In this document: positions 24,425-34,121 of the stretch, one piece after another
Layout: each line of letters begins with the position of its first letter
Numbering within the stretch: the first letter of the stretch is position 1
Origin: Jimgerdemannia flammicorona
Lineage: Eukaryota
DNA length: 34,476 bases
Assembly (NCBI GenBank): GCA_003990765.1
Contig: RBNJ01000274.1
Location: forward strand, 1 to 34,476
Direction: 5' to 3'
Program-made: the position numbers and the translations under genes
The notes under the pieces: generated by a model
The model's database searches: none
The model's input: only the letters and a program-made list of their open reading frames with translations
Told to the model about the DNA's origin: nothing

Positions 24425-27400
24425 GTTGAATGGTCTTGATGGGGGTGTTTTGGGGTGTCCTTGAGAGTGCATCGGCATTGGTGTTGGTCTTTCCTGAGTG
24501 GTGCTTGATAGTGCAGTCATACTCTTGCAGCCTGTAGATCTATCTGATATATATTCCTTTGGGGTTCAGAGTGTGGAATAGCCAGGCAAGAGCAGAATGG
24601 TCTGTTTGAATGGTGAAGTGTTTTCTGGCTAGGTAGTAGTGGAACTTGTCTACTGCCCAAACTACTGCTAAGTATTCAAGCTTGTATGACTCGTAGTTCT
24701 GTTCTGCTCCACAGATATCTCGGCTTATGTTATTCATGTTCATCTTTCTTCTAAACTAGGACTGCTCCAAGTTCTATAGCACTTGCATCTGTCTGCAGGA
24801 TGAATCCTAGGTTCCAGTCTGGTCTTCAGAGGATAGGTGCTTGGGTCAACCTAGTCTTGAGTTCATTGAAGGTTTCTTGGTGCTCCTTGGTCCATTCGAA
24901 TTTGGTTTCCTTCTTCAGTAGCTCATAGATAGGTGCTGCAATATTGGAGTATCCTTTGATGAACCTTTTGTAGTAGCTGGCCAGTCCAAGGAAGGCATGG
25001 ACTTCTGTGGTTGTTCTGGGTCTTGGGTAGGCTGCAACAGCCTCAATCTTTATGGGGTCTGTGTGGATTCCAGTCTGGTTGATGAGGTGTCCTAGATAGG
25101 CAATTTCTTGAGCTGCAAACTTGTATTTCTTGGGCTTGATATAGAGGCCATGCTCCTTGAGCTTCTTGAGGACTAGCTGTATGTAATTGATATGTTCCCA
25201 TGCAGTGTTGCTGAAGATGATCACATCACAAAGAGCTATTTTCCAATCTTATTGCTGAAGACTCTATTCATCATTTGCTGGAAACTTGCTGGGGCATTGT
25301 ACATTCCAAATGGCATTTGCAGGTAGATATAGGTGGCATCAGGTGTGATGAAGGCTAATTTCTCACTGGCATCTTGAGGGAGACCAATCTGATGGAAGCC
25401 TGAGAACAGATCCAAGGTAGTGTAGTATTTGGCTTCACTTCCAAGAGTGGTAAGGATTTCTTGAATATTTGGCAAGGGCTGCCTATCCTTCTTGGTGATG
25501 GCATTGAGCTTCCTGTAGTCAATACAGAGTCTTAGTACAAACTCTCCAGGTTTGCTTCCTTTCTTCAGGACAAGGACAATGGGTTAGGCCCAGGGGCTGA
25601 TAGCTTGCTTGATGATTCTGGCTTCTTCCATTTCCTTGAGTTCTGCTTGCAGCCACTCTCTGTAGGCAGGTGGTATGGGTCTGGCTTTCTGGTAGATAGG
25701 CTTAGTATCACCAGTGTCAACTTCATGGTAATACTTGGGTTCTTGATTGTGGATATCCCTAAAGTCTATAGCATGTACTCCTTTATTCTGATGCAGGATC
25801 TTGAGAAGTTGTTCATCCAGGGGAAAGTTTTCTCCAATAGTATATGTGTGCTTATTCTGGTCCTTATCTTTCTTGTGCTCAAGTTTAGTAATCTTGGTAG
25901 TGGCATAGGCTCCTCTTCCAGTAGATCTAAAGCCTTGTTCTCCTCTCTTGGTCTTGATGAGTTTGATGGCTTCTATGATATTGGACTTCTTGACTTCATA
26001 AATCAGCATCTGGCCAATCCTGTCATGCTTCTTAACTTCGAAGGGGGTGGTGTGGTTGTGATTTCTGACTATGAGGAAGATCTCACCAGTGTAATCAGAG
26101 TCAATTACTCCTCCTTCAAATGAGATTTCACTTTTGGCCAGACTGCTCCTGGTCTTGATAATTCCGGCATGGTTTTCTGGCAGCTTGACTCCAATTCCAG
26201 TGCCAAGTAGGGTGGTGATCTGTGGTTTGAGGATAGCATCTTGAATGCTGGCAAGGTCCATTCCAATGACTCCTTTAGTCTTGTATTCTGGGATCTTGGC
26301 TTCAGGGTGAAACTTCTTAACCTTGAGGGTAATGTCTGATTCTTGTTCCTCCTCATCATCACTATCAGCTTGAAGCTCTGGGGGCTGGTCATCTTCTTTA
26401 GCTTTCCTTTTTGCTTTGGCAGCTTCTTGCTCATGAGGTATCCCCCAGTACCAGTATCAATGATGGCATTAAAGATATAGTCTTCGATCTGACATGGAGT
26501 ATAGGCTGATGTCTTGTGCTGGTCTTCAGATTCTTTACCTGAGTTCTCAGATTCTTCCTGTGCATTGTGAGCTTCTACAATCTTGTACTCTTGATTCTTG
26601 GCAGTAGTTGCAAGTTCTACTCTCAACTGCTGTCTGAAGGCAGAGACTTCAGCTAGTTGTCCAAAAGTAGCATTGACCTTCTGTTCCTTAAGGTCCTTGT
26701 AGATGTCATACTGGTAGATCTTGGTCTTGTGCAGCTTCTGTTCCTTCTTGCTTTCACTTTCTCCTGAGACTAGAGTAGTGCCTTCAATGATTTGTCAGAC
26801 AGCTTCATCTAACTCTATGTCTTGATCAATCTCCTTGGGTTGGGTCTTGCTTTGAATAGTGATAGCTGGGGTCTTCTTTGGTCTTCCAACTGGCTTGCCA
26901 TTGCTCTTCTTATCATAGGGCTTGGACTGGGTTCTGGTATCTTCAGTAGTAGGGTAGAATTCAAGCTCCTCATAGTATTCTTCATCATCAGTGTCACTAA
27001 TCTCCTCGATGACTACTGCATTGGTTTGTTCTCTGGTTCTGCTAGCATTGCTTTGTTGGGCTTTGTATCTTGTTTTGGTTATGCAACTCTTTGCATAGTG
27101 GCCTTCTTCTCCACATCTGAAGCATGTGATATTGCATTCTTCTGTAGTAGCTGCAAATCTCTGCACTGGTCTCCTGTTGGCACTTCAGACTTCTCTAACA
27201 ACATCACCAAGGTATGCAGTTATCTTGGTAAACTGCTTGGCAAGTTCTTCTACTAGATCAGCATTGACTGTCTTGGGGATAGGTGAGGTTGGTTGTCTGT
27301 TTATAACTGTGGTGGGTAAGATACTAGTTGGCTTTGATGGCTCCATCTTGATGCCAGTTATTTTCTCCATTGAGTGTTTGACAGAGTGTCTGGCAGTCTA

Positions 27401-27886
27401 ATATCTCTGTGCAAAGACCACTTTCTGATCAAGGGTCAGCACAGCTGGGGTAGACTGGATTGCTAGGGCAATTTCAGAGTAAACTCCTTTGAGGAAGGTT
27501 AAATCTGCTATTTGTTCCTTGAGGTGGTCATCATAGCTAGCCAAGATAATCTGGTGACAGATTTAGATATAGAATAAGTTGGGATCTTCACTAAGTCCCT
27601 GGCAGATAGTATTGAGTTAATCCTTGAGAGCTTGCTTGATCTCTTCTGTATAATATGTTGTTCTGAGAAAGACTTTCATATTGACAAGTTTGGCTGCACC
27701 AGTATCAGTAATGGTAGCTGTATTGAACTTGTCTCTGGCAGGTCCTCTGAGGCTAACTAGTAGAAGAGCTAATTGAGCATCCATACCAAGGGCTCATATG
27801 GCAGTAAATTGTTCAAAGTCTTCAATGAAGGTCAGGATTAACTATTCAGTAGTATATCTATAGAATGTAGAGGGGCACATTTCCAT
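24417..27886 (-). pseudogene. Element B gag-pol: Gag, CCHC knuckle, truncated protease, dUTPase, RT, RNase H
   Basis: ATG 27886; CFRCGEEGHYAKSC; AIIDTGTG; dUTPase in ORF 25584-26261; YYTTLDLFSGFHQI, MPFGMYNAPASFQ, FLGLASYY; ILQTDAS, QTDHSAL, NADALSR. Confidence 0.93.
25915..26330 (-). pseudogene. dUTPase domain of element B, between protease and RT
   Basis: LKVKKFHPEAKIPEYKTKGVIGMDL, KTRSSLAK, GGVIDSDYTGEI, DRIGQML, RGEQGFRSTG correspond to motifs I-V. Confidence 0.92.
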
Positions 27887-27985
27887 CTTATCTTAAATTC
27901 TTGCAGGGGTGACTCTTATAGTCAGGGTAGTTATTGTAGGGGTTGTTTGTTTTTCAGCTTAAAAGTGAGGGATTCATCTTGAATC

Positions 27986-28003
27986 ACCAGCCAATGGGCA
28001 CCA
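27986..28003 (-). other. Primer-binding site of element B (shared with A family)
   Basis: TGGTGCCCATTGGCTGGT 3 nt from the LTR end. The TGG start is complementary to tRNA CCA. tRNA species not assigned. Confidence 0.75.
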
Positions 28004-28431
28004 AGTTGTCACATAGTACTTGCTGAGTTCTTCAAATATGCCAGATTCTCTTCAAGATATATCTCTCAGACTAACTCAAGTTTGTTATAAGCAAGTCCTT
28101 ATTGGAGTGCCTTCCCAAGGTCTTATAGTCCTCAAACTTCTTATCTTTAACTATCTTGTTATCTCTTAGATTACTTGCAAGGAAGTGTGTGTATTGTACT
28201 AAGAAGACTATGTTATATACATTGTCATATAGTAGGCATTGAGTCCTTCAAATATATCAGATTCTCTTCAAGGTATATCTCTTAGACTAACTATAAGTTT
28301 GTTATAAGCAAGTTCTTATTGAAGTGCCTTTCCAAGATCTTATAGTCCTCAAACTTCTTATCTTTAAACTGTCTTGTAATCTCTTAGATTGCTTGCAAGG
28401 AAGTGTATGTATTGCACTGAGAGACACTGAC

Positions 28432-28464
28432 TTTATTTCAGAGGAAATAAGAGGGGTATTTATA
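28432..28464 (-). promoter_or_regulatory. Candidate LTR TATA box and polyadenylation signal of element B
   Basis: Minus-strand TATAAATA (28457-28464), pyrimidine tract, then AATAAA (28432-28437). The same arrangement occurs in the A and C LTRs. Confidence 0.65.
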
Positions 28465-28565
28465 CAAAATATAATTCAATAGTTATTAAGATATAAAGCT
28501 AAATATAAATTCCAATAACTAAAACTACTAAGTTCCAGGATCAGCACTGATGGTTGTACAGGTTC

Positions 28566-28766
28566 AGGATGCTGGTATAATTCAGTGTCATATCAGAATA
28601 CTGGTGCTGGAACAATTTCACATTATCTCAGAATGCCAGTGCTGGCATTATCTAGTGTTACATCAAAATACCAGTGCTGGAACAATTTCACATTACCTCA
28701 GAATGCCAGTGCTGGCATTATCCAGTGTTACATCAAAATACCAGTGCTGGCATTATTCAGTATAAC
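28566..28766. repeat. 35-bp tandem array (~6 units) in B 5' LTR
   Basis: Units start at 28566, 28601, 28636, 28671, 28706 and 28741, with two largely alternating variants. Confidence 0.9.
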
Positions 28767-28773
28767 AAAGAAC

Positions 28774-29562
28774 TTAGAGCAGAAAGTTCAGGACCATGGG
28801 GGCTTCATCCTTATCATTACTGAAGGAGATGAGATCCCAAAATTCATCATTTTCATATGCTTCGATATTGTGCAGGATGACATCATTGCCAATGATGTCA
28901 TTACATTCAGTGGGGAAATCAGGGGCTCTCCAATCTATGAGGTTCTCTTCCACAAAATAAGAAACAAATGTGGGGTCTTGGGAAGGTCTAACCTGGATGC
29001 TTGGGCCTTAGAATACTGAGATCAATTCTTGCAGGAATTGGTCTGGGTTGTCCTGAAGGATGGAATGCCAGAAGTCTTCTACTTCATCACTATTGAGGGT
29101 AATAGTGGACTGGGCTTCTGTAGCTACCCTGGCTTCTAGTGTATTGATACAGTGGGATAACAGATCTCTGAAGTCTGAGATTCTAATATACTCCAAGTTG
29201 GAGATTGACCATGGTGCATACCTGAAGATCTGATGGATCTTCTTAGCCATTCTTGCCTTACATATATCCATGGGAGTGGTATCTTGTAGTTCTTGAGGGC
29301 TAGCCTGTGGGAACTCCTGGCAGAGGAGGTTTCCTATTTTATACTCCTGCTACATTTGGAGACATTCGGTAGTAATGGTGATCCTTGTTTCCATTTCACA
29401 GTGATAGAGAATAAAGTGATAGGGATCTGCAGTACCTAGATTGATACTAGGAGTCCTTCTTGAGTGGGTTCTCATGGCTCTTCTGATGTCTTGGAACATC
29501 CTTTCCTCGACTGAGATACCTTGGTGATTCCTTGACCTTGAGGTTTGGCAGGCAGCAGACAT
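28774..29562 (-). pseudogene. LTR-embedded accessory ORF (262 codons), B 5' LTR copy, unknown function
   Basis: 789 nt in a single frame. The internal stops at 29350 (TAG) and 29008 (TAA) are TGG and CAA in the 3' LTR copy. Confidence 0.85.
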
Positions 29563-29808
29563 TTCATTTGTAGTAAGTCTTTGAGCTATTTTGGGATTGG
29601 TGGGTCTTATTGGTTGCTGCTACTGCAATTTCTTGATCCTTCTTTTATATTCCTCAAGATACTCATACTGTGGTCACAATGACTCACAGTTAGTCATCAT
29701 TGCTCATCTCATATGCTGTATGATCTTCTTGTGCTCTGATCTGGTGGCTTGTGAGGAAAGACTGTTTCCTGTGCTGATGTCATCATTCTGAGGTCACTAT
29801 TACAGTAT

Positions 29809-30312
29809 ATAAAAAATGAAGAATAATAAGGTTACAGAAACTAGATTATAAAAAATTAGACTCATAGACATAATTGTAAGTAAATAGTATATTTTAAATA
29901 TATAGTAGGTTTTGTTCTCTATTTCTAATATTCTATATCTTTATATGTACTAGTATTCTCTCTAAAATATATCTTATAATAATATATATCAGACAATTAT
30001 ATCAGATATACTTCACTAGATCAAAAAGAGTATCTGAGAATACTTGCTCAAGCTCTTTTAGTATCTTATAGAAGCTATATAATTATAGAACTGTAAAAAA
30101 TATCTCACAGAGTTAGATATCAGATTCAGTTTTATATTATGATTTTCAGAACTGAAGAAATTTCTTAAAGATATTATATAGCTACTATAAATCACTACCT
30201 TAGAGTACTTTAAGATTATGATAATATATATTTACTATTTATAAATATATTACTATTTATAAACTATATTAATGGATAAAATAATTACTATTTTTTTTTT
30301 TTTTTTAGATAT
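29809..30312 (+). pseudogene. Plavaka-type transposase, middle fragment with intron-like gaps
   Basis: NIYQTIISDILH*IK (cf. PDxLHQ) and ELDIRFSFI. GTAAGT at 29876 to CTAG at 29953; polyT-AG ending at 30308. Confidence 0.7.
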
Positions 30313-31829
30313 TGTCATATAGTAGATACTAAGTTCTCCAAGTATATCAGATTCTCTTCAAGATATATCTCTTAGACTAACTATAAGTTTCTTATAAGTA
30401 AGTTCTATTAGAGTGCCTTTCTAAGGTCTTATAGTTCTCAAACTTCTTATCTTTAAACTGTTCTATTGTCTCTTAAATTTGCTTGCTTAGAATTGAGTAG
30501 AGGACTAGAACTTCTGTACTTGAGTAGTTGGATACTTGAATGCTTGAGTATTTTAATACTAACTTTATTTCAAAGAAAATAAGAGAGATATTTATATAAA
30601 ATGTAATTCAATGATTGCTAAATTATAAAACTAAATATAAATCTCAATAACTAAATAAATAAGGTACTTGAACACAGAAAACAAATTTGAGTACTCATAT
30701 AAATGATTATATAAGATCAGAATACTAGAATAATTTCAGCAGTTATATAAGAACTTAAAGCAGAATGTTCAGAATCCTGGGAACTTTATCTTTATCACTA
30801 TCATTAAGGCTAGAGATTGAGATATTTTCAAAAGAGATAAGGTTAGTAAATATTTCTATATATATCCTATCTGTTTTACATATTTTACATGTTTTATATA
30901 TTTTGTATATTTCACACATATTGATTAACAGGATGATGATATCACTGATGACATCATCATGTTCAATAGTAGTGGAGGGAGTAAGGAGATCAGGAGTTCT
31001 CCAATCTATAACATTTTCCTCTATAAAGTAGGAGACAAAGGTGGAATCTTGAGGGGGTCTAATCTGGATACTGGGGCTTTAGAATACTGAGATTAATCCT
31101 TGCAGGAATTGATCTAGATTGTTCTTTTCAGAACTCTTCTACCTTATCACTTTTGAGAGTAATGGTAGATTGAGCTTCTGTGGCCACTATAGCCTCTAGT
31201 ACATCTGTAAGTAGACTGACAAATTTCTTAAAGTCTGAGACTCTAGTATACTCTAAGTTAGAAATTGACTAAGGTATATGTCTAAAGATCTAATAGATCT
31301 TTTTGGCTACTCTTAATTCATATATATCTATAGGAGTAATATCTTATATCTCCTGGAGACTAGCCTAAAGAAATTCCCAGTAGAGGAGATTTCTTATTTT
31401 ATATTCCTGCCACATCTAGAGGCATTCAGTAGCAGTAGTAATCCTTGCCTCCATTTCATAACAGTTATCAGTATCCAAGTTAAGGCTAGGAATCCTTCTG
31501 GTGTAGGTCCTTATAGCTCTTTTGATGTCTTGAAATATCTTTTCTTAGACTAAAAATCCTTAGTAATTCCTGAACCTTAAGGTTTGATGAGTGGTAGGCA
31601 TTTGTTTATAGTGAGTCTTGTTTAAGTTACTGCTGCTATAGTTTCTTAGTCCTTCTTATATTCCTTGAGATATCTATCTTATGATCATCATAACTCATGA
31701 TTTGTCATCATTGCTCATCTTGTAGCTTAGGTGAGTTATGCTGTATGATCTTCTTATGCTCCAATCTGATGGCTTGTAAGAAAAGGCTATCTTCTGTGAT
31801 GATGTCACTATTCTAAGATCACTATTACA
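30313..31829 (-). mobile_element. Solo LTR of a B-related subfamily (1517 bp) carrying a diverged copy of the embedded ORF (30755-31601)
   Basis: TGTCAT...ATTACA termini, 4-bp TSD ATAT (30309-30312 and 31830-31833), no adjacent PBS or PPT. Translation retains ECL*MWQEYKI, AKKIY*IFRH, RVSDF, VATEAQSTITL. Confidence 0.9.
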
Positions 31830-31833
31830 ATAT

Positions 31834-32800
31834 TTATAATTTATAGATATGTTTTCTTCTCTATGAATAAGACCATTTAATATATAGTTATATTTATAGA
31901 ATAGTTTTATTAGACATCATTACTCATATATATAGAAAGTACTTTGAAATTAATAGCTAATACTCTTCTAAAGTTTGATGAGCTAAAAGACATCTTTGCT
32001 AATATATTTCTAAGCAGTCTCTGAGTTTCCAAAATATATATATCAATATATTTTATATATTTATATACTATTATGAAATACTTGACAACTTTAATATAGA
32101 GTATATAGAGTATATATATATTTTATTCATCAAAGTACCATATTATAGATCTAATAAACACAATGTAGTACTATAAATTATTTAATATATTCTCTATAAA
32201 TAGTAATTTAGAGGAAGATTTATATCTTAGAGTCAATGTCTGATTATATTCTAGACCAGAATCAGTCTGTAGACTTTGGAAGATATACTCTGAGCTCTAG
32301 AATTGAATAACAGATGTGGGATTTAAATTCTATAGAGATTTTATTTAAGTTTTCAGAACTGAAAATAGCTCTAAGAACTTATTTTAATAATATATTACTT
32401 GAAGATAGTTCTGGAATAGATAATTTGAAAAATAAAAACTTTCTTCTCTTAATAGTAATACTGTGAGTTATTTCTTCTACTTTCTTATAATTGTTTTTGG
32501 AAATATATTTACTAATATTAATTATTTTCAAACTAGATCACTATATATCAGACTCTTATATTTCATATTGAGGATCTATATTCTGATAATAAAAATACTT
32601 CATGAAGACAAATCCTTCAAGCATCTAAGAATTTCATAAATTACAACAATATAACTGATTTATAATTCATAATTTAGATATATTAGAAATGGCTCATAAA
32701 ATTGATTATTATAAAATTAATCAAGTATAACATTTTTTGAAGTTATTCAAAATAATAAAAAGTACTATTTATTATATATAAATTGATTTGTAAAGCAAAG
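31834..32800 (+). pseudogene. Plavaka-type transposase, C-terminal fragment
   Basis: ESTLKLIANTLLKFDELKDIF; SKIYI (cf. PKxH); LDNFNIEYIEYIYILFIKVPYYRSNK (cf. DNFxTExxExxHIxxxKxxYxxSN). Right boundary is approximate. Confidence 0.72.
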
Positions 32801-32854
32801 ATCTAAAGATTAGAAGATAAATATAATAATTGTAGACAGATCTAAAATATTTAA

Positions 32855-33732
32855 TATATTATATTAAGTAGGCTTACTTGATCTTATCTTAGTATGTAGT
32901 TCAGAGCCAGATCTTTTGTAATGCTAGTATAGTATCCTCATCTGCTTTTATATAGATTATAACTATAAATACTGCTCTGGCTAGGCCTTAGAGACTAAAG
33001 GGTATAAAAACTACTTACTACTTACTATCAGAGTTCTTATAGTAGTATATTGCTCAAAATTATATATCAATGAAGATAATGATTGATTTATCTGAAGTAT
33101 ATTTATAGAATACTGGTAGTCTTATATCTATCTTATCTGAATGTCTTGGTTTGATTTGTGTGATTGTTCTTTAGATAGCAGTTATTCATTATTTAGTTTA
33201 AAAGTGAGGAATTCATCTTAAATTACCAGTCAATAGATACTAAGTTATAATATAGTAAATATATAACTGTATAAGTATATCAGATTTATATTTCTTGAAA
33301 ACTTAATTTTCTTTAACTTTGTAGAGTCCTTAGAATATAGAAGTAGGTAAGTTCAAAATATATCTATCTGTAAGCTTACTAGTTCTCTTACTTTCTCTTT
33401 ATTTTGAACTATTTTGATCTGAGTTTTATTCACTCTAGATACTGGGGATATTTATATGAGTTTGTTAGCTATAAGATGACTAAGTTATAATTATGTTTCT
33501 TGTAAATCACTTTTTACAAATATTAAATTCTTTGATATCTGCTAAGATTTTGATGATTGCAAAGATTTTAATATCTGCAGAATCTTAGTAGTTATTAAAG
33601 TTTTCTACATTACTAGAATGACTACTATTTGTAAGACTATACTATATATATATATTTAGAAATTAGATTTAGATACTGTGATCAAATATCTATTTTCCTG
33701 ATTTATATTACTAATTTGAATCAATTATTACA
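32855..33732 (-). mobile_element. Truncated A-family element: LTR (33246-33732), PBS/leader and start of gag
   Basis: Collinear with ~18423-19259. Left breakpoint approximate, and no partner LTR with a matching TSD was found. Confidence 0.85.
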
Positions 33733-33741
33733 CTATATAGT

Positions 33742-33980
33742 TATAATTTAACAGATACTTAACTTAGAAAATATATCAGATTTCTTTATTTTGAATTTTT
33801 ATCTTTTTTAACTTTAAAGTTAATTTTTAAAGTAAGCTTAAAGATATATCTAAAGATCTCTTTATCAGATTACTTATTCTTTTAAATGATTTCAATTTAA
33901 GATTTATTTACTTATAATTCTAAAGTTATTTATATAAATTAGCTATATATAATAGCTAAATTTGAAGTTATTATTATAAT
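33742..33980 (-). repeat. Highly eroded A-like LTR fragment
   Basis: Residual matches to the A LTR in order: tatatcagatttct, gatttatttact, tatttatataa, tagctaa. Confidence 0.5.
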
Positions 33981-34121
33981 AGAAATATATATAAAGATTA
34001 TAAATATCAATTTATAAATATTATGATGGTACAGCCAGATTTGGAAGAAGGAAATAGGGAATAGACACTTGATCGCACCCATTCCCAAAGTAGTATAGCA
34101 TTATAGTTAGCAGTCCTTGAT

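Larger units (their letters stand above)
21067..29804 (-). mobile_element. Element B: full-length Ty3/Gypsy related to A, with ~1.8-kb gene-containing LTRs
   Basis: LTRs 21067-22863 and 28007-29804. Perfect 4-bp TSD GTAT (21063-21066 and 29805-29808). PBS 27986-28003, PPT 22864-22873. gag-PR-dUT-RT-RH and IN remnants. Confidence 0.95.
28007..29804 (-). repeat. Element B 5' LTR (1798 bp)
   Basis: TGTCAC...ATTACA on the plus strand. Contains a duplicated terminal segment, TATA/polyA signals, the 35-bp array and the ORF. Confidence 0.95.

Noticed and set aside
25605..27401. Hydrophobic plus-strand ORFs (25605-26123, 26822-27256, 27126-27401) as membrane proteins
   Set aside because: Antisense shadows of A-rich gag/pol. 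The same applies to 6743-6949, 7382-7621 and 13041-13223.
28774..29562. Accessory ORF as a retroviral envelope gene
   Set aside because: No signal peptide or transmembrane segment is visible, and the C-terminus is acidic.
29563..29800. N-terminal extension of the LTR ORF up to the LTR start
   Set aside because: The upstream frame looks partly open in B, but the solo LTR has a 14-nt out-of-frame difference there, and the conserved terminal TGTAA supplies an in-frame stop.
780..33732. Pairing LTR 33246-33732 with 780-1219 as one giant element
   Set aside because: 18820-19259 has the adjoining internal sequence and the matching TSD (GTAG/ATAG). The 33733 flank (CTAT) does not match.
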